DNA of 64,000 nucleotides. Source: Prorocentrum cordatum. Its lineage: Eukaryota. This document shows, piece after piece, positions 1 to 12,879 of this stretch. Every line of letters begins with the position of its first letter. Positions within the stretch are counted from its first letter, which is position 1. Position numbers and translations under genes: made by a program. Where the stretch lies: contig CAUYUJ010000325.1 in assembly GCA_963575745.1 (NCBI GenBank), positions 496,001 through 560,000 of the forward strand. The letters are read 5' to 3'. The notes under the pieces were generated by a model. That model saw only the letters and a program-made list of their open reading frames with translations. It was not told where the DNA came from and did no database searches.

Positions 1-329
1 CGTCGCGGCCCGCGACCGTAATGCGATCCCCAGACGATTTTGACATGACACGTCGGTCCTTGGATGGCCCTACGACCCTCGCGCGACAACAGGATGACCC
101 CGCGACAATAACATGATTCACTGCGCGACGCCGCGACGGCTCCAAGACGACCCTAACGAGACCCCATGATGACTGCATCGCGATTTCGTGGGCCTGGACC
201 GAATACGATCCCCAAGCGAAGCCATCACTCCAAGATGCTCCCAAAATGGCCCAACGACCCCCCACATGCCCATAATAAGGCCCCCATCTCGCCGTTGGGC
301 GGAGCCGCCGAAGCCAGATTGCTGGGCGA

Positions 330-880
330 CCCCTCGATCATCTGCCAAAAGCACCGCAGATATGACCCGTCACACGCGCGAGCTGTGATGCGTTGGCTTG
401 GCACGCCACGCTGTAGTGTTGCAAGGTCCTGGTCGGCGGCGCGTCGGACACTCCGGCCGCGCGCAAGAGGAGGAAGCTGCGACCCGAACGGCCGATCATG
501 ACTTGACCAGCTTGCCAGGCGCGGTTGCAGAGGATGTCACAACGTGTGAGGAGGTAGTCCACGCGCTCCTGCGGCAATCAATCGAAGCCTATAAGCGCCG
601 ACACTGCCGAGGCGCGCCCCCCCCCCGCCAGTTGGCCCCGCTGTTCGGCCAAACTGCGCATTCGGAAAGTCATCGGCGGAGCTGGGTCGCCGTTGATGGC
701 ACCCCCAGCACCGGGGCAGCTGGCGGCGACTCCTCAGCGCATTCTCGGGTAGGCCGCCTTGCGAAACTCGCAGAGGTCCGAGACCGCCACTGACCACGTC
801 ACCACCTCCCGCGCCGATCGTTTGAAGGGGGCCCGAGCTTAATCGCTGCTCGGGCCCCAAGATGCGGAGATGCCGCATGC
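330..880 (-). pseudogene. Degenerate gag relic of an LTR retrotransposon (same family as 23900-25210)
   Basis: Frame-hopping minus-strand translation gives SWGPSSD*ARAPFKRSAREVVTW ... GAINGDPAPPMTFRMRSLAEQRGQL ... QERVDYLLTRCD. This is colinear with HWGPSGQVFSREFAREVHAW ... GINIGGRHTDGATYIMFFLSTKFERLEE ... GGRIDKML at 24800-25200. Stops and frameshifts are present. Confidence 0.6.
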
Positions 881-936
881 CGCCGTGGCCGCCGTCTGAA
901 CCCACGCGGGCGAGGCAACTGGTCAGGGCGAGCACT

Positions 937-1195
937 GTTCATACAGGTCGTCCACCAGGCTCATGTAGTAAAGCCCGCCGTCCGGAGACTCCTCCAGCTG
1001 GACCGGGATCCCCGGGGCCAGCTTCACGAACACCGCGACTCCGGTGTCGCAGTCGGTGACAGCTCCCAGCTTGGACACGAGGATCGGGACGTCCTTCGCG
1101 AAACCGTTGATGGCGATGTCGCCCTCCATGCCCCTGCCGGTGATGCCGAACTTCACCTGGCCGTAGTGCAGCCGATGGGGCTTTCGTTGAGCCCC
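937..1195 (-). pseudogene. Fragment resembling the C-terminal half of a retrotransposon aspartic protease region
   Basis: DVPILVSKLGAVTDCDTGVAVFVKLAPGIPVQLEESPDGGLYYMSLVDDLY recalls the 'P.LLS...LGAVID' protease tail of dinoflagellate copia-like polyproteins (from memory, not searched). Codon usage is strongly GC3. The catalytic D-T/S-G is not seen. Confidence 0.45.
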
Positions 1196-1342
1196 CATGG
1201 GGCCCCGAAACTTTCTCCTGGGCGCGGGGGGCGCATGGTGGAGGAGGGAGGACGGAGGAGGGGGACAAGGAGGAAAGGAGGAAGGAGCGCCGGGCACTGT
1301 CTCCTCAAAACGAGGGCCTAACACCACAGGATGGTTGGGAGA
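1195..1342 (+). mobile_element. 3' remnant of satellite-bearing element (family A)
   Basis: One degenerate repeat unit, a purine-rich spacer, then the terminal motif CTCCTCAAAACGAGGGCCTAACACCACAGGATGGTTGGGA (1301-1340). Confidence 0.6.
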
Positions 1343-1737
1343 AACGAACGCGCACATTCGCATAACGAGACCCTATGCCCACTGCGGCCGCGAACGTTCT
1401 TCGGGGCGTGATCCACTCAGAGCAACCGCTCCGCTTTCGCATGCGCACAGTAAGACACCACTTCAGCACTCTTCTTGAGCGCTCGCTCTGGCAGAGAGTT
1501 CACCAGGGCACCGATCAGTGGCCCATGGCATCTAGAATGCCGCGCCCACCTTCGCCTCACCAGCGTCAGAAGCGCGGTTCATCTTGCTTGCAGGCCCCGC
1601 AGGGCTCTGGTCTTGCTGGCGAGTCGGTCTTTGGGCTATTCCCCAGAAAGGGCCGACTTGGCCGCTGGCAGCGATTCAATGGTTTGATGTCACGAAGCGT
1701 CTGTGCCGCAATATGGTACAATGGTGCGCGGTTGCGC

Positions 1738-2100
1738 AAGGACGTTTCGTGGCTCTGTAGGGGTCTCCGCCGAAGGCCCCAGTGGCTGCACTCGCATGCG
1801 GTCCCCCCGCCCAGGGCAGCGCTACGCGGTTTCATCGGGAGCTCCACCGAAGGCCCCAGTGGCTGCACTCGCATGCGGCTCCCCTTCTCAGGACAGCGCT
1901 TCGTGGCCTCATCGGGAGCTCCACCGAAGGCCCCAGTGGCTGCACTCGCATGTGGGTCCCCCACCGGGGACAGCGTTTCGTGGTCCCATACGGAGTTTCT
2001 TACTCATCCTACTGCCCCTCCTCTTCCTGCTCCTCCTCCCCCCCTGCTCCTCCTCCATCCTCGTTTGTGCCACCCTCCCTCTCGCGCCCTCTCCTCCCCG
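1738..2100 (-). repeat. About 77-bp minisatellite array (family A, ~3 units) followed by a CT-rich tract
   Basis: Repeated GAGCTCCACCGAAGGCCCCAGTGGCTGCACTCGCATG, in opposite orientation to the array at 2225-2612. Confidence 0.8.
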
Positions 2101-2159
2101 TGGCCGTGACGGGATTGCAGGCGGCGCACATCATGTTTTTTCCGTACAGGAAACTTGGA

Positions 2160-2676
2160 AAATTAGCCTGGCAATGGATCCAACCATATGCAGGTGTGGG
2201 TTCCGCAATGTTGAATCTCTTCTTCGATGGAGCTCCCCATGGCTCCACGAAACGCTGTCCTGGGTGGGAAAACCGTATGCGAGTGCAGCCATTGGGGCCC
2301 TCGGTGGACCTCTCGATTGAGCCGAGAAACGCGGTACTGGGCAGGAGAACCGCATGCGAATGCAGCCACCAGGGTTTTCGGTGGAGCTCCCGGCCACGAA
2401 AGGCTGTCCTGGGCGGAGGATCCGCATGCGAGTGCAGCCACTGGAGCCTCCGGTGGAGCTCCCTACGGGGCCACGAAACGCTGTCCAGGGTGGGGGGACC
2501 GTATGCGAGTGCAGCCACTGGGGCCTTCGGTGGGGCATCCGATAGGGACACAAAGCGCTGTCCTGGGTTGGGGAACTGCATGCGCGTGCAGCCGCTGGGG
2601 CCTTCGGCGGAGAAACGCAAGCGGTCAGCAGGGGGGAGCAGGAAGAGGAGAATAGAAGAAGCTAGCTGGGGTGGTT
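2160..2676 (+). mobile_element. Family A element: 5' end plus ~77-bp array, 3' hairpin missing
   Basis: Starts AAATTAGCCTGGCAATGGATCCAACCATATG, then ~5 units of CCACGAAACGCTGTCCTGGG...GCATGCGAGTGCAGCCACTGGGGCC, then a purine-rich tract. Confidence 0.7.
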
Positions 2677-3334
2677 AATTAATGAGGAGTGAGGAGGAGC
2701 ATGAGGAGCACGATGAGATCCGCCCGATGAATTGGAATAGCAGGCAGGAAAATCTGAACTGGCTTGGGACTGCGCGGCATTCCCAACAAGACATTTTGAG
2801 AGGGGAACGGGGACCCAACACGTCGGCGTATACTATGGAACTCTCGTTTTGAGGCGAATTGAGAAACATTGAGACTCATTGAGAGAAATTGAGATCGTTT
2901 GAGATAAATTGAAATATAATTCTCCGTTCAAACCGTGGATTAAGAGAAATTGAAACGAGAAAGGCGGTCAAGTTGAGGACAATTGAAAACGGTTGCGGTG
3001 TCCAATGGAAGTTTTTCGCAAGGGTTTGACGGCAATGCGATTTGGGAGCATGAGGAAAGCAGCAGAAGGATGGGCGGCAGGAGAAGCAGACGGCGAGGAC
3101 CCGATGGCATCGACCATGGCAACTGGAGCCAAAATATATTTCCCAAACGAGGGCAAACGGTGGAGGATGCAAAGGGCTGTCTGGCAGGGTTTCTGCAAGT
3201 CTTCTCAGGGGCTGCCGCCGCCCCTTTCGCCGCAGAGCGCCGCATGCATCGGGCCCCGCTTACCCAGCGAAGAGCAACACATGTTCACCGTGGAAGTACA
3301 TCAGGTCCACGCTCTCGCGGCAACGATTCCTCGC

Positions 3335-4533
3335 AAATTTGCCTGGAGATGGCCCTCACCATATGCAAATGTGGGTTCCGCAATTATGAATACTTCATCT
3401 TCAATGGATCTCCACACGGGTCCACGAAGCGCTGTCCTGGGTGTGGGAACCGCATGCGAGTGCAGCCACTGGGGCCCTCGGTGGAGCTCCCGATCGAGCC
3501 GAGAAACGCGGCCCTGGGCAGGGGAACCGCATACGAGTGCAGCCATTGGGGCCTCCGGTGGAGCTCCCTACGCGGCCATGACGCTGTCCTGGGTGGGGGG
3601 TACCGCATCCGAGTACAACCACCAGGGCCTTCGGTGGAATCCCCGTTTGAACCGAAAAACTTGGTCGTGGTTGGGGGGACCGCATGCGAGTGCAGCCACT
3701 TGGCCTTCGATGGAATTTCCGATTGAGCCGAAAAACGCGATCCTGGGCGGAGGGAGCCGCGTGCGAGTGCAGCCACTGGGGCCTCGTCGGAGCTCCCGAC
3801 GGGGCTACGAAGCGCTGTCGTGGGCGGAGGGAGCAGCACGCATGTCGGGCCACATGGGCCTTCGGCGGAACTCCGGATGAGGCCACGAAGCGCTGGCGTG
3901 AGTGCAAGAAGCGCATGCGAGTGCAGCAACAGGGGCCTTTTGCGGGGCTCCCCACGGGGCCACGAAGCGCCTTCCTGGGTCGGAGGTCCGCATGCTAGAG
4001 CAGCCGCCGGAACCGTCGGTGGAGCCCATATATGGGGCCACGTAGCGCTGTCCTGGGTGGTAGAACCGTATGCGAATGCAGCCACCGAGGCCTTCGGTGG
4101 GACGCCCCATGGGGCCACGAAGTGCGGACGTGGGTGGGGACGCCTGGGGACGCGCCTGCGAATGCAGCCGCCGGGGCCTTCTGTGGAGTTCCCGACGGGG
4201 CCGCGACATGCGATCGTGGGCGGAGGGGATCGCATGCGAGTGCAGCCGCTCGGGTTCTAGGTGGAGCTCTTTTTCGGGCTACGAAACGCCCGCCTGAGAG
4301 GGGGAACCCCATGCTACTGCAGCCGGTGGGGCTCTCGGTAGCAACCCCAATGGCGCCGCGAAGCGCAGTCCTAGGCGGGGGAGCCGCAGGCGAGTGCAAC
4401 CGCTGGGGCCTTCGGCGGAGCTCCCTACAGAACCCTAAAGTGGGGAAGGAAAAAGGGGGCGAGGAGGTGAGGAGGAAGGAACGCGGAAGACTCTCTTCGA
4501 AACGAGGACCTAACACCACGAAATGGTTGAGAG
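3335..4533 (+). mobile_element. Family A element, apparently complete, with ~13 units of the ~77-bp repeat
   Basis: 5' AAATTTGCCTGGAGATGGCCCTCACCATATG, array ~3410-4430, purine-rich spacer, 3' CTCTTCGAAACGAGGACCTAACACCACGAAATGGTTGAGA. Confidence 0.75.
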
Positions 4534-5579
4534 AGGTGACGCTGGCGAAGAACAGATTGGGGGATGCCCCCCCAGAGCCGCTAACAAACTCGGGCATTCC
4601 AGAAACATGTTCCCTTTTACCCAAGGCAAAGAAGATATTGATCCCGCGGGTCCCGTTCCAAAACGTACAATCGCAATGGCGTGTCCCGATCCAAAGGGAC
4701 ATCGAGCCGTGTTCAAACTGCTGCACGGGCGACACTTCTGGGGAAAATTTCACACGCGCAGGCCGCCTTCCGAGAAACAAAAACGATTTCGCACCAGCAA
4801 ACGTGCTCAACTTTCGCCTCCCCGTTGACGCCACCCCCAAGTGGAGCTGAAGGAAGCACGCCAATGTCGACGGTATCCCATCCGGACTGGAGGCCCCTCC
4901 GCAGGTCAAGGAGGCGCTGGAGGCCGGGGGGCCGCCGACGGCGTTGCTTTGACCATGAGCATTGGACCTGCCCCGGACGTACCCCTCTTCGACAGCGCAG
5001 TGGACGTCGTCTTGTGTCGCGTCGTTGTGGCTGTCACCGCGCTCGGGGCAGTCCGCAACGCATCTGCGGACGTGCCCTTCATGCATCGCGTCGTTGTGAT
5101 GTCCGCTGCTCTTAGGACACTCCGCAACGCAATTGTGGACACGCCCCTCGTTCGCCGCGTCGTCGCGGCACTAAGCACCACCAACTGCACGATAGTCCAG
5201 AGAAGCGCGCAAAAGGGATCTCGCCCTGCAGACCTGAAGGGCGCCACGAGAAAAACGACATATAGTCCCAGACCTGCTTCATCACCCCTTGGAGCGTTGA
5301 CAACGTAGTCGCCAGACACTCCACTGAAGTCCCACTCTGATCCGAACTCTTAGTCGCCTGCATTTCCTAAGACCCCCGCAACGAAGTTGCGAGGAACTCA
5401 CGGCCATGCGGCTCCGACGGCGTTTCCAAAAAGGCGTTACTTTCTGTTTGGCGATGACGGGCGTCATGGGGGGGGAGGGCGGAGGGGGTATGACAATACG
5501 CCCCCCCCCGCCGTGTGGCTCCGGCACCAACAGCCGCGCCCGTGCGCACGACGCGACGAGCGACGAGTGACGAGCGACG

Positions 5580-5890
5580 GCGACGACGCGAGCAGCATGT
5601 AAGTGGCGATCTGCCCATTGCGCTTGTGTACACCACAACGCTCGCGTGCACCACAGCGCCTGCGTACACCGCAACAACCGCGTGCAACGCACAGCCCGTG
5701 TATACCACAATACTTGGGAGCACTACAGCGCCGGTGCACATACACCGCAGCAGCCATGTGCAACACAACGCCTGTGTACACCACAGTGCTTGCGTGCACC
5801 GCAGCGCCTCTGCACGCCACAACGCCTGTCTACACCACAGCATCCGCGTGCAACGCAACGCTGGTGCACCCCACAGTGCCTGCGCGCATA
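5580..5890 (+). repeat. About 18-bp minisatellite (GTACACCACAGCGCCTGC-like) with a conserved leader
   Basis: Visible tandem units. An inverted partial copy, including the leader CATGTAAGTGGCGATCTGC, lies at 6250-6385. Confidence 0.7.
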
Positions 5891-6249
5891 GGACAGGTAG
5901 AAGGAGCATGTACGTCAGGGTTTTATGCGGACAACTAAACGCCACGCCAGGAAACTTCTGATAATCGAATGCGAAGTGTTTCCCTCCTCCCTCTCCTCCT
6001 CCTCCTCCTCCTCCTCGTCCTCCTCCTCCTCGTCCTCCTTTTCCTCTTTCTTACCCCCTGTCGCGCGGCTTGGCGTTACAACGCACGTGCGCATTTCAGC
6101 GCGCACCGCAGAATGGTCGATTGAATCGGTCCACTTGGTCCTCGGACGGCCAGTCTAGCTGAAGCCTCCTGGACGCAAGCGGGGGTTCAGGTGACGCGGG
6201 CGGACTCGGGGGGACTCGTAGATTCCAGCGGCGCTCCTTTGTCAAACTG

Positions 6250-6385
6250 ATGCTGCGTTGCACGCGGCTGCTGTGGTGTACATCGGCGGCGTGGTGTACA
6301 CAGGCGCTGTGGCGCACGCGGGCGCTGTGATGTACGCAGGCGTTGTGGTGCAGATTGCCACCTACATGTTCGTGCTACCCGTCCT
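6250..6385 (-). repeat. Inverted copy of the 18-bp minisatellite element
   Basis: GCAGATTGCCACCTACATG is the reverse complement of a variant of the leader near 5596. Confidence 0.65.
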
Positions 6386-6557
6386 CCGTCATTCCTAGCC
6401 ATTCCCAAACGCCGCCGGCGCGAAAAGTGACGTCATCGACCCCCTCCCCCCCCAGACGATTGCCGTCATCGGCCCGGATTTAAAAACAGGCTCCAGCCGC
6501 GTCCGCGCGCACGACGACGATGGGCGACGAGCGACGAACCACGGGAGACGACGACGA

Positions 6558-6588
<31 letters not shown>

Positions 6589-7556
6589 CTGCGGACCAGA
6601 CACCTATGCGGATTCCTACGCGGACACCTACGCTGAACCCAGTGCGCACGGCGGCAGTACCCGGAGCGCACTGGGGGGGGGAGCGTTACGTCAAAGGGGG
6701 GGGGGGGAGCGGGGGCAATGACGCCCGTCATGCCCCAAGCCATAAATAAATGGCCTCCAACATAGTTGGAAATCACCCTGGGAGAGAAGCAAACCACGGC
6801 GGCGGATGAGTTCCGCCCTCCTCGAAGATCTTGACGGCGTATTTGCTCTGGCAGGTGTCCGCCTCGTCGCTCGTCTTAGCGACCACGAGGTAATTGAACA
6901 CGGAGAGCAAAGATGCAAATGTTGCCGGACACGAAAAGGATGATGAGGGAAGCGGGCCGTGTCGGCAAAGGGTAATGGAAGGGCGCTGGAGCTCCGCTAC
7001 CAACAATGAAAAGGGATGCGTTCTTCGCAGAGGCGAACACCACAGTAAAACACGCGTTTAACACAGGCACAATCAAATGCAACCTGCCGCATCCCCGGGC
7101 CAAAACGGCAATGGAAAAAAAAGGCGACTGGACAGGGCAACGGAATTAGGAACTATCAGTACGTTACCTCTCGCATGGAGGGGGAAGGAGGAGGAGGAGA
7201 GGGGGGAAAGACGAAGGAAAAGGAGGGGGGAGGAGGTGCAAGAGGAGGAAGAGGAGGAGGAGAAGGAAGAAGAGGAGGAAAAGGAAAACGAGGAGGATGA
7301 GGAGGAGGAGGAAGACGACGACGAGGGCGAAGCGCCTTCTGGAACGCCTCTCATGGGGAGGGCACGACCAGACCCCAGCACGGGCGAGGGGCGCCCCAGC
7401 TGCACAAGGCCCCGCCCCCCCCCCCACCGAGGCCGAGGGCGCGGCCGCAGGCGTCCACCGCGGAGCTGCGCGCGGCCAAAGAAGGCTGCAGGGCGGCACG
7501 GTCCATGCCAGCGAGAACCTGAGAGGGGGCGCCAGGTACGAGCCAGCCTCTTCCTT

Positions 7557-7557
7557 C

Positions 7558-7593
<36 letters not shown>

Positions 7594-7603
7594 GCATCAT
7601 CAG

Positions 7604-7683
<80 letters not shown>

Positions 7684-7703
7684 GCATCATCGTCATCATC
7701 ATC

Positions 7704-7734
<31 letters not shown>

Positions 7735-7778
7735 CCATCATCATCATCATCTTCATCTTCAGCATCAACAACATCATC
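7557..7778. repeat. (CAT)n microsatellite
   Basis: Seen directly. Confidence 0.97.
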
Positions 7779-8659
7779 CCGCCTCCCCCTCCTCCTCCCC
7801 TTCCTCTTCATCCACCTCCTTTTCCTCGTTTTCCTCCTCCTCTTCCTTCTCTCATCCATTATCCCTCTCCTTCCTCCCCCGTCCCTTCCGCTCCGACCAA
7901 CGCATCGTTGGATTGGTCACTAAAGCTCCGACTACCCGAGTTCAGAGACAATCTCACAGAAGACTGGTCGACATTGAAGCTCAGAAGAGCCCGTAGAAGC
8001 CTCGAAAGACGGAATGAAGAGGTGTTCCGCCGCACTGCACCTAAGAACAAATACCCCAAATACATGTGTGCGCCGAAGGCATTACTATGTATACATATCA
8101 AGGGCGTGTTTCGTCCGCCACAGGCATTGAGACGGACCAATCGTCCTTGCCTGACGAGCCCTGTGCCTTCTATCAAGCGTCGAACCGCAGTTGGACCCTA
8201 ATGACAAGCTGTCCAGGCCTGCGCCATGTTCGACCAACGACGCCGGAAAAGGGATGCCCGATTCGGACGACCCGGGCCGCGACCCACCTCCGCCGCGAGC
8301 AGGGGAGTTCAGGACTTTCCTGGAGAGGAGGCGGGGGAGGACGAGGAGGAGGAGGGGGGGAAGGAGGGGGATGGGGAGATCATGGCCTTCCTGGAGAAAG
8401 CCGAGGCTGAACTGGGGGAGACCCCCCTCCTCCCCCCGCCTTTCCCCCCTCCTGTGACTGCCTTTCCTCCTGAATTGAAACTGCGAACTCACAAGAAGAT
8501 AAGGGAGGCCGTGGAACGCAGATGGCAACAAAAAAAATCTGCGCCTGGTCTCGGGTTGATGCCGGTCCCCCTTTTCGATCATGGCCCGTCCGAGTCAACA
8601 TGGGGCCCGTTCGCCCAATAATCTGCTCAGCAGTCCGCGTGCTTCATCGTCCTCCCGAA

Positions 8660-8978
8660 CCGGATACTGATACGGATACCGATATCGACATCGATACCGA
8701 CACCACTACTTGCCGACGCCGATACTGACACCGATACCGAAGCGAACCGCCTCTTACCGATACCGATATCGACTCCGAAACCTCCTCCCCCCTCATGTTT
8801 TCCGCTTTGCCCCTTCTCCCTCCTCTTCCTCCTCCTCCTTTTCCTCCTCCTCCTCCTCCTCCTCCTCCTCCTCTTCCTCCTCCTCCTCCTCCTCCTCCTC
8901 CTCCTCCTCCTGTTCCTCCTCCTCCTCCTCCTCCTCCTCCTCCTCCTCCTCCTCCTCCTCCTCCTCTTCCTCCTCCCC
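8660..8978. repeat. Degenerate (ACCGAT)n followed by (CCT)n microsatellite
   Basis: Seen directly. Confidence 0.9.
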
Positions 8979-9852
8979 CCATCAGTCAACGCACCCTTTC
9001 CGCACCACCATCCTTTAGCCATTGCTGCTCCTTTGCCCTGCGCGCGCTGCCCGATGCACTGACTGCTTCTGCTTCTGCAGCTATACCACTTGGCTCTAGG
9101 GAAGCGGAAAAGGAGCGAGCCTGCGGCGCGCGCGTGCGTCGGCCGGCAGACCGGCCTCCTCCCTTCAGTGTTACCCTATTGTATGCTTGACAGCAGTATC
9201 CCTTCTCCCCCATGGCATCGGCGGAGCCCACTGACCATGATAGATAATCGGAAGATCTTGCAAGGATTATGAATGCCCAGGTAAGAAATTGTTGATCAGC
9301 CGAAAATACGGCACAGCCGTTAGCTTCGCAACGCGTGGGATCACAAGAACGAGCGCTCGGACCTCCGAGCGTCTAGATCATTGTTTGAATGCGTGCTTGA
9401 TGTTCCGCGTAGACTATGGACGTTCTGCTCGAACTGGCACCCTAGCCCGTCTAGGCGCGCAGTAAGATAGCCCAAGATTGCTCCGAGTGGGTATTCTCCA
9501 ATGTGCCTCAAGGAATATATCCAAGATGGGACTACTTGTTTGGGCGCCTGCTCGGTTGGCTGAAGCTTCCCCCGCCCTCCAAGATGGCTCCAGAATGCAG
9601 TGTCACCTATCGGCCCTCGAACGGGTCAGCGGGTGGTCATGCTTTGCATTTCTTTCAGGTGCGAGCATGGCTGGCAGCCGATAGCTCCTGGAGCATTGCT
9701 CGCCATAGGGGCTACGAGCTCCGCTCCGCGATCCACGGAGCTTCGCGCCTGAAAAGAAGCCTAAGCGTAGATCGGGCGAATGGAAGACCTCTCGCCCCCC
9801 CCCCCCCCCCCCCCCCCAGAATCCCCCCAAATGCTCCAACCGAATCTTGCCG

Positions 9853-10046
<194 letters not shown>

Positions 10047-10889
10047 GAAATCTCGAACCAGATTTCAAACCAGATCTTGCCGCGAGAGAATCTCCAAACG
10101 GATCTCCAATGCAATATTCCGAGACACGTCGGGGCCCAAGCAGAAACTCAAACGAAATCTTGCCACCGCTAAATCCCGAGCGAAATCTCAAACGACATCG
10201 CGCCGCTGCCACATCCCAAACAACTTCTCGAACGAAATCTCGCCCCTTCCCAATCCCCAACAAGATCTCAAACGAATTCCTGGGCGAACAGGAACTCAAG
10301 CGCAATCCCCCCCAGAACCTGCTGGCCACGCTTCGCGCCGCGTGCGGCGCGGTGGTAAAGCACAACTTCATGGTAGTCGAGCGCTTTGTCATCGGGGCAA
10401 TGCTGATCGGAGCTGCGCGCGCCTTGGGAAGAAGCGCGCACTGCGGCGCGGACGGGCGTTCCCCGCCCCTCGATCGAGCGACTGCCTCGGCCGCGACGCT
10501 GGGCATCGAACCTGGAGATCGGCGCCGCACCGCCCGCCGACGGCCCTAATTCAGCAGGCGCACTGGCGCGCTTAGCGGCCACCGCGGGCACGGGCCTGCA
10601 GGCCGCTACGTTGCGGGGCTCGCAACCACCATTCCCTGGGCGAGCCGACTAAGGGCACCGCTTCCGGCGCGCGCGCGAGAATCGCCTGCGCCCGCGCATG
10701 GCCCAATCGGATTGGATTCGGCGGTGCATCTTGGGCGGAAGCGTCTCGGGGCGGGGGCGAACGGCCCAGGGCTCACAAGCATGCGCGTTATTTTTGGAAC
10801 CAACTCTTGGAGGTAACAGCCCTAGCGGGCGCTGACAAAGTTGACCCCCCCCCCCCCCTGGCGCCGGAGCGGTCCCGCGACGTTTTTGT

Positions 10890-11570
10890 CTTGGGGGTGG
10901 ATGCAATTGGGGCTGCGCGCGCGGTGACATGCCATGGGCCCCTTCTTCGCCCTCTTGCTTAGCTCCCCCCTCTCCTCATACTGCTTACTCCACGCCTCCG
11001 CGACCTCTGGCTTCTCCTCGGCAACCTCCGCGGGCACCTGAATGCTGAAAGCTCCCGGCACAGTCTGCCCGAGTCCCTGAGGTTGTTCTCCTGCTGCTGC
11101 CCCGGCGGCCCCTGCTGCCCCCCTGGGCCGGCGGTAACCTCGTTGGCCCCTCCGGGGCAGCTAAGGGCGACGTGCCCCTCACCGCCGCATTTAAAGCGTG
11201 ATCGCTCGCTGTGGGGCGCAAGCCCTTGGCCTCATGTACCTCCTCCTTTAGCTCCTCCGTTGCCTCCTCCTGAATACCATCCACGGCAACCTCCGTTGCC
11301 GCCATTGCCTCCTCCTGCATTTCCCTGGTAATTTTCTTGACCTCCGCATCCTCCTTTGCCACGCTGGCCGCCTTGGTAACCTTTAATAGTTGCTGTTGTA
11401 GTTGTACTGGTAACCTCCGCATTGAAATCCTTTTACCGGTCTTTCCCCCCCCTTTGCCCCCCCCCTGACCCTTACCTTTGGCAACTCCTCTGTTCGGGCA
11501 GCCGCGGCCGACGTGGCCTCCAACTCACAGGAGGTCCGGCGTAGCGGTGTTCCACGGGGGCCGCAATGAG
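10890..11570 (-). pseudogene. Gag/ORF1-like relic with two decayed CCHC zinc knuckles and a GKG-rich linker
   Basis: Minus strand reads GHVGRGCPNRGVAKGKGQGGGKG (~11520-11450) and RFKCGGEGHVALSCP (~11197-11153; first Cys appears to be tgc>cgc), separated by an E/A-rich helix. Frameshifted. Confidence 0.5.
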
Positions 11571-12879
11571 GCCTCGCCGCCCATGGCGGGCTGCGACCTG
11601 CTAAACTGTAGCCACACTTTCGTTCGCCCGGGGCGCCGAGCGGCGGGCGCCCTCAGGGCGCCGCCCTGACGCATCGCCGCCCCCGGCGGGCAGCGGCTTG
11701 AGAACAATCGCCCATGCCGTGGGCCCCTGGGGGGCCCAGCTGGGGGTGCCCCGCGCGCGCCAGCGTAGACGTCGCCGCCCTTGGGGCGCCGCTATCAACG
11801 CCGCCGCTTGTTGGGCCCCGAAAGAACTCAAACGAAGCGGCCCCCATCGGGTGGCCACCGCGAGACGGCGCCGCCCCCTGGGGGGCAAAAGAGACGGGGG
11901 CGCGGAGAAGCGCGCGGCCACGGGGCCCGCGGGCGGGCGGCGGCGCAAGCGCCGCGGCCGCCGCGCCTGGGCGCCCCAGCAACCCCAATAAGCAAGAAAG
12001 GTCCTGGCGGGGCTTTCGGCCTGTAGAACCCCCATGGAAGCGCGAGCCGGGCAGCGGCGCCCGCCGCTCGGGCAACGCAAATCGAAGCATTCGAAGCCGC
12101 GCCCGCCCTTCCCGCCCGCGGCCCGCGGCGCGACGGCCGCGCCAGGCCGCGAAAATTGTTGGCGGGGCCGCGGCGGCAGGGGGCCCCGCGGGCGCGCGCC
12201 GATGGCGGCCGCCTCGACATCGGCGCTTCAGCGCGCGCGGGCGCGCGCGCCGACTGCAACTGGCGGGCGCGCGCGCGCGAGAGCTGCGCGCGGCCATGGC
12301 GCGCGGGGGGGCGCCTCGCCAGGCCCGCGCCCCACCGCGCGCTGCCGCGCATTGGGCGACCCCTCCGCCTTTGCGCGCCGCGCCGCGGCGCGCGGCCATG
12401 CGGGCATCCATCGCGGAGGCATGGCGGCCGCGCGAAAACTTCCCAGCCATCTCGGGGGGCCGCGGCGGGCGCCCCTGCGCCGCGCCCCCCGCGGCCCCGG
12501 CCCGGGCGACCCTAACCTTCAAGGACCTCGCGGGCCGCGCTACCCGTGGAGCGCGCCGCCCGCGGAGCGCGCCGCCTGCGGAATGCGCCCGCCAAGCGCG
12601 GCCCCCCCGAGGGCTGCGCGGCGCCTGCCGGGCTGGCGAGGGCAAGGGCGCAACCCAGGGGACTTCGCCGAAGCCGGCGCGAAACGCCATCGCGACGCTT
12701 TCGCGCGCGCGCCGGGGCAGACGCCCGATCGCCCGCCTGGAATGCCTGGGGCCCCCCCGGGCAATCCCTGAAGAACTGTCGCCGCATCCGATCCCGGTCA
12801 AACATCCCCAAGGCAACCGCAGGCAATGTCACGGGACATCGCGCCCATCGGAAAAACGCCCTAGGGGATCTGCAGGGCA

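Noticed and set aside
9354..9371. Perfect 8-bp inverted repeat CGCTCGGA-CC-TCCGAGCG as a terminator or ribozyme
   Set aside because: Isolated, with no U-tract or ribozyme core. A hit of this length is expected by chance in GC-rich DNA.
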